From positions 29,828 to 93,827 of the forward strand of contig CAIURC010000078.1 in NCBI GenBank assembly GCA_903901425.1: a DNA stretch of 64,000 nt. Direction: 5' to 3'. Below the pieces are notes generated by a model. That model was not told where the DNA came from, ran no database searches, and worked only from the letters and a program-made list of their open reading frames with translations. Source of the DNA: an uncultured Spartobacteria bacterium (GTDB lineage Bacteria; Verrucomicrobiota; Verrucomicrobiia; Chthoniobacterales; Chthoniobacteraceae). Both the position numbers and the translations under genes were made by a program. Numbering within the stretch: the stretch's first letter is position 1; each line of letters starts with the position of its first letter. Positions 17,551-25,282 of this stretch are shown here, piece after piece.

Positions 17551-19175
17551 GGGGAGTCCGGTGCGAGTTCCAGGACCCGGCCTGGGAGCCAGCCGGTGTT
17601 GTCCTTGAAATTGGTGGCGCGGGTGTACTCGAGGATGAGGAGCCGGTTGCCCCCGGCGGCAATCACGTCCACCGGCCGGCCGAGTGGGGCCGCGATTACC
17701 GTGGTTTCCACCGTCCAAGTGTCTGGGTCTTGCCGGTGCATTTTCAGCCGCAACAGGTCGAATCCGACGTCCTCTGGGCAGGCGGGTGGTCCGAGCAGGT
17801 TGCCTGAGCGGGTCAGCAGGAAACAGTTTCTGAGGGGTTCGGGATACTGGGGGCCGCACCAGAGCATTCCACAGGGGGAGGAATGGGGGTCGAAGGTGGC
17901 CATGGGTTTTTGAGGGGAACCGCCGCCAGCCGGTCCGAGGTTGAGCAGGGGCAGGGTGAATGCAAGGCCCGCGGGTGGGTCGGGCGTGAACGGATAGGGG
18001 AACCCTTTTTTCTGGGGCCAGTCGGAGAACTGGAACGGAAACCCGTAGTGTTTGCCCGGGCGGATCCAGTCCATTTCCTCGGGCGCGCTGTAGTCGGGCC
18101 CGTTGGAGACGGTGAAGAGGTTGCCATCGGCGTCCCAGGCGAATCCATAGGCGTTCCGGATGCCCCTCGCATGGATTTCCACGGATGGCTGGGCTGAATC
18201 GGGATCGATCCGCCAAATGCAGGCGGTGTTTTCCCGTTCACCGCCGCCGAGGTAGGCGGGATCGGTCGAATCCTCGCCGGCATCGGTGCGTGAGCCGCTG
18301 TTGACGTACAGTTTGCCATCGGGACCGAACGCGATGTGGCTGACGCCGTGGTTGAACTTGCCGCCCCCCTTGTTGTAGCCGGACACGAGCCAGGGTTTGA
18401 GCCCGGAGGGATGCCCGTTCTGGGAGCCTGTGCTGCGCCAGAGGACGACTTCGTTCTCAAACGGCTGTTGGCCGGTCCTGTGGGTGCGGTTCGAGACGAC
18501 AAGGAGGCGGCCTTGCGGGTCGAACGTGGCGCCCATGGTGGAGATGTCGCCCGAGAGGTACTCTTCTTTCCGGATCACGGGCACCGCCGCGCCGGCATCG
18601 ATGTGGAAGATCGTGCCGTTGTTGCCGAGGGCGTAGATCCCCTGCGGGGTGCCGTTGCTGATGAGGCGTGAACAGAACTCCGGTAACCGGGCGAACTCGG
18701 AGAGTTTCCAGCCGGGGACGGGTTTGGGCATGGGCTGGTATTCGGCGGCTTTGACGAGAGCCTGAAACGTGGGGAACTTGGAGGTGGTGCGGGCGGCGGC
18801 GACTTCGGCGGCGGTGAAGGGCGGCATCCGGTTTTCCCAGGAGGCGCCGACAAAGGTGAGCACATCGGCGGCCTGCTGGTCGTCTAGGACCTGTGCAGGC
18901 ATGTTGTTCAGGTAACGGATGCCCTTGACGGTGATGGGTCCGGAGAGCCCTTCGCAGAGAACCCGGATGGCGCGGGCGCGGTCCGCCTGGAGCCAGTCGG
19001 AGCCTGCGAGTGGCGGGTAAACGGGAGGGGCGCCGCCGCCATTGGGCTGGTGGCACATCAGACATTTTTCCGTGTAGATTTTTGCACCCCGTTCCAGCTG
19101 GGCGTCCACGGAATTGGCGTAAAGCGCCGGGACAGCCAGAGAGGCAGCGAGGAGCGTCCATGGGGGGAGGGACAT
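17547..19175 (-). CDS. cytochrome c domain fused to PQQ-dependent sugar (sorbosone/glucose) dehydrogenase-like beta-propeller
   Basis: Signal peptide, heme motif 'CLMCH' and 'NMPAQ'. The propeller part carries 'FNHGVSHIAFGPDGKLYVNSGSRTDAGE'. Confidence 0.7.
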   Translation of the reverse strand: MSLPPWTLLAASLAVPALYANSVDAQLERGAKIYTEKCLMCHQPNGGGAPPVYPPLAGSDWLQADRARAIRVLCEGLSGPITVKGIRYLNNMPAQVLDDQQAADVLTFVGASWENRMPPFTAAEVAAARTTSKFPTFQALVKAAEYQPMPKPVPGWKLSEFARLPEFCSRLISNGTPQGIYALGNNGTIFHIDAGAAVPVIRKEEYLSGDISTMGATFDPQGRLLVVSNRTHRTGQQPFENEVVLWRSTGSQNGHPSGLKPWLVSGYNKGGGKFNHGVSHIAFGPDGKLYVNSGSRTDAGEDSTDPAYLGGGERENTACIWRIDPDSAQPSVEIHARGIRNAYGFAWDADGNLFTVSNGPDYSAPEEMDWIRPGKHYGFPFQFSDWPQKKGFPYPFTPDPPAGLAFTLPLLNLGPAGGGSPQKPMATFDPHSSPCGMLWCGPQYPEPLRNCFLLTRSGNLLGPPACPEDVGFDLLRLKMHRQDPDTWTVETTVIAAPLGRPVDVIAAGGNRLLILEYTRATNFKDNTGWLPGRVLELAPDSP

Positions 19176-19197
19176 GGCGGCGCGGTTCTTGCGGATG

Positions 19198-19623
19198 TTA
19201 AAGGAGGCTGGCTGGAACTTTCACGACTCTTTGGTTTTCCTCGCCGTGCACAATTTCAATCCAGAGGGTCCGTTTGGGGAGCAGGGGCCGGAATTTGTCC
19301 GCCCATTCGAGTGCGAGGATGCCGCCCGCATCGAGGTAATCATCGAACCCGATCCGCTGGAGGTCGGCCTCGGTTTCCAGCCGGTACAGGTCAAAATGAA
19401 AGAGCGGGAGCCGGCCGTCGCGGTATTCGTGAACAAGGGTGAATGTGGGGCTGGTCACCGGGCCGGTGTGACCGAGGCCGAGCGCAAGGCCCTGGATCAA
19501 ATGCGTTTTGCCGGCACCGAGATCGCCCTGGAGACCGAGCACGTCGCCGGGCCGGAGCTTGGCTGCGAGACGCGAGCCGAGGGCCGAGGTTTCTTCAGGG
19601 CTGAGGGAAATGATCGAATCCAT
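19198..19623 (-). CDS. tsaE: tRNA threonylcarbamoyladenosine biosynthesis ATPase TsaE
   Basis: 'GDLGAGKTHL' P-loop, 'SPTFTLVHEY', 'FHFDLYRL', 'LEWADK'. Confidence 0.9.
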   Translation of the reverse strand: MDSIISLSPEETSALGSRLAAKLRPGDVLGLQGDLGAGKTHLIQGLALGLGHTGPVTSPTFTLVHEYRDGRLPLFHFDLYRLETEADLQRIGFDDYLDAGGILALEWADKFRPLLPKRTLWIEIVHGEENQRVVKVPASLL

Positions 19624-20524
19624 GGGGGATTGAACGTGCGGACGGGTTGGCAGTCAGGGAGCCGATGGCGGTCAGCGGGAGCCGCGGGAACCGTTTTTTC
19701 CATGCGGCCTCGAGTCGGGCGGCGTTTTTTGAGGGGTGCGCCAGAAGGAGTTCGAAGTCTTCGCCATCGGACAGCGCCTGAGTGACAGAGGCGCCGCGGG
19801 TGCGTGGGACGCGGTCTGGATCGAGTGCGTAGCCGCAGCCGGAGGCGCGTGCCATCCTGGGCAGGTCGGAGCCGAGTCCGTCGCTGAGGTCCATGAGGGC
19901 GCTGGGTTTGAAGTGGGTGACGAGCCACCGGGCTTCCTCGAGGCGCGGGATGAAGTCCAGGTGTTTGCCGGACAGCGACCCGCCGAGCCTGCCGGTGACG
20001 TAGAGAATGTCGCCGGGCCGGCCGCCGGCGCGGGAAACGCAGCGGTTGGGCTCGACCCGGCCGGTGAGCGTGATGCTGGCAAAGACGGGGCCGGTAGACC
20101 GCGTGGTTTCGCCGCCGATGATCTGAATCCCGAACTTGCGGGCGGCCCGGCGAAGGCCTTTGTAGAGGCCGTGCATCCAAAGGACAGGGGTCGAGGGCGG
20201 GATCGCAACGGTGACCAGGGCGTACTCGGGCCAGCCGCCCATGGCGGCGATGTCGCTGATGGCGCGGGCCAAGGCTTTCCAGCCGACCCGTGCCGGGTCG
20301 GTTTCCGCAGTGAAATGGACGCCTTCGACCACAGCGTCGGTTTTGAGGAGTTCGAGCGTTTTCGAGCCGGACCGGACGGCAGCGCAGTCGTCGCCAATGC
20401 CGATCCGGACGCGGGCGTCTGGGGCGGGGAGGAGGTTTGTGAGTTGGGCGACGAGACGGTCTTCGCCGAGGTGCGCGACCGTTGCCGGGGCGGGCTGGGG
20501 CGGTTTATTTCCGGGCCGTTTCAC
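19595..20524 (-). CDS. thiL: thiamine-monophosphate kinase
   Basis: 'LGEDRLVAQL', 'IGIGDDCAAV', 'KTDAVVEGVHF', 'VTGRLGGS' in a PurM-like fold. GTG start overlaps the upstream stop. Confidence 0.85.
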   Translation of the reverse strand: MKRPGNKPPQPAPATVAHLGEDRLVAQLTNLLPAPDARVRIGIGDDCAAVRSGSKTLELLKTDAVVEGVHFTAETDPARVGWKALARAISDIAAMGGWPEYALVTVAIPPSTPVLWMHGLYKGLRRAARKFGIQIIGGETTRSTGPVFASITLTGRVEPNRCVSRAGGRPGDILYVTGRLGGSLSGKHLDFIPRLEEARWLVTHFKPSALMDLSDGLGSDLPRMARASGCGYALDPDRVPRTRGASVTQALSDGEDFELLLAHPSKNAARLEAAWKKRFPRLPLTAIGSLTANPSARSIPHGFDHFPQP

Positions 20525-21330
20525 GGGGAAGCGGCTGCCTGCCAGTAGAGGTAGCCGAGTTGGGCGAGGTTGAATCCGGCGTGCATGGTGACAGGCACCA
20601 GCCAGCAGCCTGTGGCCTCGTAGGCGGCAGTGAGGCAGAGGGCGAGCACGAAGAGTCCGGCCAGAGAGCTCAGGTTGAGGTGGATGGCTGCGAACAGGGC
20701 ACAGGTGAAGAGCGCACTGGTGCGTGCACCGGCAAAGCGTTTGAGCGTGCCGTAGAAGTAGCCGCGGAACAGGAACTCCTCGGTCAACGGCGCTAGGATC
20801 ACGCCGGAGAGGAGGATCCGCCCCATGGCGGGGAAATCGGATTTGCGGGCAACGGACCTGAAAAGGGTGACCAGGGGTTGTTCCTGAATGGCATCCTGGA
20901 GGAAGAGCTGGCTGAGGAACGAGACGGTCAGGATCAGGGGGAACGCCGCGGCGAGCAGACCGAGGCCGAGGGCGATGGCGCGGAGCGGGGAGAGCCGGTC
21001 GAGGCCGAGTACGAGGCGGACACTGATTCCGCGGTACTGGAGGAAAACGGCGACAAGCGAGACGAGGACCGCGAACGAGACGGCATCCGGGAGGGGGTTG
21101 GCGTCGGCGGCTGGTGGGGGCTGGGTCTTGAGCAGGGCGAAGGAAAGCGCTCCGAGCAGGCAGGTGAGGATGCCCGTGGTGAGCATCAGATCGGAGACAG
21201 CGAACTCGGCGGTCCGGACGCGCCCGCCGTCGGACTGGATCCTGCGGAAAAGGCGGTGGTAGACGCCGGCGCCGCCTGCAGCGAGTGCGAGGAGGAGGAA
21301 GATGAGCGCGATCTGGAACGGGTTTCCCAT
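20521..21330 (-). CDS. CPBP (CAAX/Abi) family intramembrane metalloprotease
   Basis: Trimmed to the ATG at 21330. Motifs 'TEEFLFRGYFYG', 'LFAAIH' and 'HAGFN'; polytopic. Confidence 0.8.
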   Translation of the reverse strand: MGNPFQIALIFLLLALAAGGAGVYHRLFRRIQSDGGRVRTAEFAVSDLMLTTGILTCLLGALSFALLKTQPPPAADANPLPDAVSFAVLVSLVAVFLQYRGISVRLVLGLDRLSPLRAIALGLGLLAAAFPLILTVSFLSQLFLQDAIQEQPLVTLFRSVARKSDFPAMGRILLSGVILAPLTEEFLFRGYFYGTLKRFAGARTSALFTCALFAAIHLNLSSLAGLFVLALCLTAAYEATGCWLVPVTMHAGFNLAQLGYLYWQAAASP

Positions 21331-21352
21331 GGGAGTGGGGGGAGCGTCCGGG

Positions 21353-22360
21353 TTACTCGGCGTAAAAAGCGGGCAGGTAGTACGGCCGGCCCGGTTCGAG
21401 CCGGGCGGCTGCGGGCTGGGGCAGCTGGAGTTCGATGCGGCGGAGGGGTGCGCGGCCGAGGAGTTCGAGCCAGCGGCCGAACTGGAACCTGGACTTGTAG
21501 CGGACCACGGCGGCATCGGGAGCCACGGCGAGTTCGATGGCCTTGGCGCAGGCGTCATCGAGGGTGCCGAGTTGGTCCACGAGGCGAGCGGAGTGGGCGT
21601 CCTTGCCTGAGATGACCCTGCCATCGGCCCAGGTCGAGCGGAGAGCGGGTTCGTCGAGGTGGCGCTCTTTGGCAACGATCCCAACAAAGATGTCGTAGGT
21701 TTGCAGGATCAATTTCTGTACGTACTCGCGTTCGGCTTCGGAGATGGGCCGTGAGCCGCTGAGCATGTCTTTGAACGGGCCGCTCTTGAACGTGACGGAT
21801 TCGAGCCCGATTTTCTGGAAGAGCTGCTGGTAGTTGAGAGACTGCATGATGACGCCGATGCTGCCGGTGAAGGTCGTTTCATGAGCGACAATCCAAGAGC
21901 CGGCGCAGGCCACGTAATAGCCGCCGGAGGCAGCCATGCTGCCCATGGAAACCACCACCGGTTTGCCGGACTGGTCCCGGACATTCCGCACAGCGCGGTA
22001 GAGAACATCGGAGGCGGTGACTTCGCCGCCCGGAGAATCGATCCGGAGCACCACAGCGCGCACTTTGGGATCCGCCGCGGCTTTGCGCAGTGCGACCTCA
22101 AGGTCTTCCACGGCGGTCGGGCTGACGGAGCCAGGCTCCATCCCTGAAATGATCCCGGTCAGTTCCAGTAGCGCGATCTTGTGCGGGGAACGGGTCTTGG
22201 AGGGGTGAACAATGCTCTCCTCCAAGTCGTCCTCCGGGCCATGTGCGGGGTCGGGCGCGGTGGAACCGCGTCCTGCGAAGAAGCAGAGGTTGGCGAAGAG
22301 ACTGGCTACAAGAGCCGCGACAAGAAGCGCGACGAGGCAGCCTGAGGTTTTGCGGCCCAT
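21353..22360 (-). CDS. sppA: signal peptide peptidase SppA (36K type)
   Basis: Trimmed to the ATG at 22360 (TM anchor). Motifs 'VVLRIDSPGGEV', 'GSMAASGGYYVA' and 'FTGSIGV'. Confidence 0.85.
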   Translation of the reverse strand: MGRKTSGCLVALLVAALVASLFANLCFFAGRGSTAPDPAHGPEDDLEESIVHPSKTRSPHKIALLELTGIISGMEPGSVSPTAVEDLEVALRKAAADPKVRAVVLRIDSPGGEVTASDVLYRAVRNVRDQSGKPVVVSMGSMAASGGYYVACAGSWIVAHETTFTGSIGVIMQSLNYQQLFQKIGLESVTFKSGPFKDMLSGSRPISEAEREYVQKLILQTYDIFVGIVAKERHLDEPALRSTWADGRVISGKDAHSARLVDQLGTLDDACAKAIELAVAPDAAVVRYKSRFQFGRWLELLGRAPLRRIELQLPQPAAARLEPGRPYYLPAFYAE

Positions 22361-22410
22361 AGACGTTGTGAACCCTGAACGATCGGAGCGGTGGCCGCAA
22401 GGGTGAACCC

Positions 22411-23661
22411 CTAGGGCGTTCTGCTGGGGGTGGGGGCGATGCGTTCCGCGGCGAGGAGAAGGCCTTGGGCCTTGTCGAGCGTCTCCTGCCATTCGGCTTC
22501 CGGCGAGGAATCGGCGAGGATGCCCGCGCCGACATGGAACTGGATTTGGCCGGCAGCGGCGACAGCGGTGCGGATGGCGATGTTGAACTGGCTTTCGCCG
22601 TTGTACCCGAACCAGCCGAGTGCGCCTGTGAAAACGCCCCTGGGAAACGGTTCGAGTTCAGCGATGATTTCGCGGGCCCGGCGTTTGGGGGCGCCGGTGA
22701 CGGAGCCGCCAGGGAAGCAGGAGCGGAGTGCGGCCACGGGGTGGACATCGGGCCTGAGGATGCCCTCGACGGTGGAGCTGAGGTGGAAAACGTGGGCGTA
22801 GCGTTCGAGCGCCAGCAGTTCCCGGACATGGACGGAGCCGAATTCGGAGACGGAGCCGAGATCGTTCCGTTCGAGGTCGGTGATCATGACGAGCTCGGCG
22901 ATTTCTTTGCGGGATGTGAGCAGGTCGTAGGCCGAGCGTTCATCGGCATCCGGGTCGGATTTCCTCGGGCGTGTTCCTTTGATGGGGCGGGTCCGGATGG
23001 CGCGGCCGGAGAGTTCGAGGAAGGATTCTGGGGAACTGGAGATGATCTGGGAGGTGCCGAGGTCCAGGAACGCGCTGTAGGGGGCGGGCGAGTAATGGCG
23101 GAGGGTTTCGTAGTAGAGAAAGGGGTCGCCCGACCAATCCGCGACAAAAGGATGGGCGAGGTTGACCTGATAAATGTCACCTGCGGCGATGTAGTCCTGT
23201 GCCCGGCGGACCATGGCACAGAAGCGGGCGCGGTCGAGCAACGGCTGGAAGACGAGGGGGCCGGCCTCGGACACGGGATGCGGCGCGGGGGCCAGGTGTT
23301 TGGACAGGTCGCCGATTTCGTACCAGCGTCCCTCGGCGTGCCGGTAGATCAAGGCGTGGGAATAAAACCCGAAAGCGAAGTCGCCCTCGTACCGGATGCA
23401 TCCTGCGGCAAACCCATGTGGCAGGCCGTCATCCGGGCCCGGGGGCGTTTCCCGTGCGACGAGGGCCTGCTGGAGGGCGTTCCAGTCGGTGCCTTCGAGG
23501 GTGTTTTCCGGCATTGCCCCCACGATGGAGAGGCCTGCGCGCGGGCCGTCCATGGAGGAATCGAAGAAAACCATGCCCGGGAGGTGCCGGCAGGCGGCAG
23601 CGACCTCCATCGGCGAAAGCTCGAGGGCGACGGGGCGCGGGCTGTGTGCGGAACCAGACAT
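22411..23661 (-). CDS. pabB: aminodeoxychorismate synthase component I-like chorismate-binding enzyme
   Basis: 'SSSPESFLE', 'RPIKGTRPR', 'DLERNDLGSV', 'FPGGSVTGAPK', 'GALGWF'. The short N-terminus fits PabB rather than TrpE. Confidence 0.7.
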   Translation of the reverse strand: MSGSAHSPRPVALELSPMEVAAACRHLPGMVFFDSSMDGPRAGLSIVGAMPENTLEGTDWNALQQALVARETPPGPDDGLPHGFAAGCIRYEGDFAFGFYSHALIYRHAEGRWYEIGDLSKHLAPAPHPVSEAGPLVFQPLLDRARFCAMVRRAQDYIAAGDIYQVNLAHPFVADWSGDPFLYYETLRHYSPAPYSAFLDLGTSQIISSSPESFLELSGRAIRTRPIKGTRPRKSDPDADERSAYDLLTSRKEIAELVMITDLERNDLGSVSEFGSVHVRELLALERYAHVFHLSSTVEGILRPDVHPVAALRSCFPGGSVTGAPKRRAREIIAELEPFPRGVFTGALGWFGYNGESQFNIAIRTAVAAAGQIQFHVGAGILADSSPEAEWQETLDKAQGLLLAAERIAPTPSRTP

Positions 23662-23735
23662 CCACCCCCCGCTTGCGCCAGAAGAGCGCGCTTTTCAAAC
23701 GAAATCTTTGGGGTAGCGTCAGGAAGCGCTTTTTT

Positions 23736-24461
23736 ATGAAAAACAGGGCAGCTCGGTTTATTTTGGCATCTTGCATTCTGATGGCGGTCGTTTCCGCCCA
23801 GGGCCAGGAAACGGCCGGCGGCGGTTCGGACAAGAAGCCGGAGGCTGCGGAGAAAGCGGCGGGCAAAGCGTCCGGGGCGGACTCCGCCGGGGATGCCGGG
23901 AAGGGGGGCGCGGGTTTGGAACGGCTTTCGCCTGGACCGGCGCCGCGGTTGAAGGCGCCTGCGCCCAAGGGGCCGGACACACTGGATCTGCTGCCGACCG
24001 ACCCGGAATCGGTGGTTCGGAACAAGCTTTTGCCCTTGGAACCGGAGGCGCCGGAGTTGGCGGACCCTGTGGGTGCATTGGGGGCGGCTTTGAAAGACCG
24101 GGCGACGGAAGCCGTGGATAAGATCAAGCGGAACCGGACGGAACAGGCGACGGACGAGATGGCGTTGCGCGTCCGGTTCCGGCAGGCATACACGCGGGCG
24201 TTGCGGGATGGCGAGGTCCAGCAGTACTGGGAGGAGTCCAAGCGTGTCCCGACGGATTATGAGCGGCGCGAGTTCCTTAAGAAGTACTACACCCGGCTCT
24301 ACAGTTTGATGCGGAAGACGGACAAGAACCTGACGGTCCGTATCGACCAGGAAGAAAAGGAGGCCCTCCGGTTCCTGACCCAGAGGCGGGTGGAACCCAC
24401 GGTGCCGCCTGGGGGCGACCTCCGGCCATCGGTGGCTCCGCCCGCCGGACCGGCGTTTTGA
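23736..24461 (+). CDS. secreted hypothetical protein (disordered Gly/Ala/Pro-rich N-half, charged helical C-half)
   Basis: ATG at 23736 inside track ORF 23199..24461 gives signal peptide 'MKNRAARFILASCILMAVVSAQG'. Composition is sensible, unlike the antisense ORF. Confidence 0.6.
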   Translation: MKNRAARFILASCILMAVVSAQGQETAGGGSDKKPEAAEKAAGKASGADSAGDAGKGGAGLERLSPGPAPRLKAPAPKGPDTLDLLPTDPESVVRNKLLPLEPEAPELADPVGALGAALKDRATEAVDKIKRNRTEQATDEMALRVRFRQAYTRALRDGEVQQYWEESKRVPTDYERREFLKKYYTRLYSLMRKTDKNLTVRIDQEEKEALRFLTQRRVEPTVPPGGDLRPSVAPPAGPAF

Positions 24462-24532
24462 AGCCGGGTTTCTGACCGCGGCTGGCCCCGGAGTCGGGTG
24501 GGTTGCCTGAAACCACGAAAACACAGCGAACC

Positions 24533-25282
24533 ATGCAGGCGTTTCTGGAGTTGCAGGCGTTGACGAAGGTCTACGGGGATTTCGTGGCGGTCCGGGACCT
24601 GTCGCTAAGCGCGGGACAGGGAGAGGTGCTGGCGCTCCTTGGCCCGAACGGGGCCGGAAAAACCACGACGCTGCGGATGCTGATGGGCCTCTTGCAGCCC
24701 ACGGCGGGAACTGCGCGCGTGGACGGCTTGGACTGTTTCGGGGACCGGGTGGCCGTGATGCAGCGGACCGGGTACCTGCCCGATGAACCCGTTTTTTACG
24801 ATTACCTCCGGGGCTCCGAAATTGTCCGGTTCGCCGGGGAGATGCGCGGGATGACCCGGGCCGAGGTGGATCGGAGGGCCGGGCCGCTGATGGAACGGCT
24901 GGAACTCACAGATGCGGTCCACGAGTTCGCGGCCAATTACTCGACGGGGATGAAAAAGAAACTGGGATTGGTGTGCGCGCTCATGCACGACCCGCGGCTG
25001 CTGATCCTGGATGAACCCACCAACGGTTTGGATCCCTTTGCCACGCGGACCCTGCATGCCATCCTCCGGGAACGGCAGGAATCCGGATGCACCGTGCTGT
25101 TCAGCACGCATCTGCTGGATCAGGCGGAAAAACTCTGCACCCGGATTGCGATTGTCCACCGGGGCCAACTCCGGGCGCATGGAACGCTGGAGGAACTCCG
25201 GACCCACCTCAGCGGCGGCGCAAGTCTCGAGGAGGTGTTTTTTGCGATCGCGGCCTCCGAGCCGGAACGGGTTACGGGATGA
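24533..25282 (+). CDS. ABC transporter ATP-binding protein (ABC-2 type)
   Basis: 'GPNGAGKTT', 'YSTGMKKKLG', 'LLILDEPTNGLD'. ATG at 24533 preferred over the TTG at 24503. Confidence 0.9.
   Translation: MQAFLELQALTKVYGDFVAVRDLSLSAGQGEVLALLGPNGAGKTTTLRMLMGLLQPTAGTARVDGLDCFGDRVAVMQRTGYLPDEPVFYDYLRGSEIVRFAGEMRGMTRAEVDRRAGPLMERLELTDAVHEFAANYSTGMKKKLGLVCALMHDPRLLILDEPTNGLDPFATRTLHAILRERQESGCTVLFSTHLLDQAEKLCTRIAIVHRGQLRAHGTLEELRTHLSGGASLEEVFFAIAASEPERVTG

Noticed and set aside
17551-18216. N-terminal 222-aa extension of track ORF 16327..18216
   Set aside because: It lies inside the dehydrogenase gene. The internal ATG at 17550 yields a signal peptide and an ATGA overlap.
23670-23735. Imperfect 16-bp palindrome 'gaagagcgcgcttttc' in the pabB/secreted-protein divergent region
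   Set aside because: It has two mismatches and a GC-rich core that arises easily by chance, and no second site clearly supports an operator.
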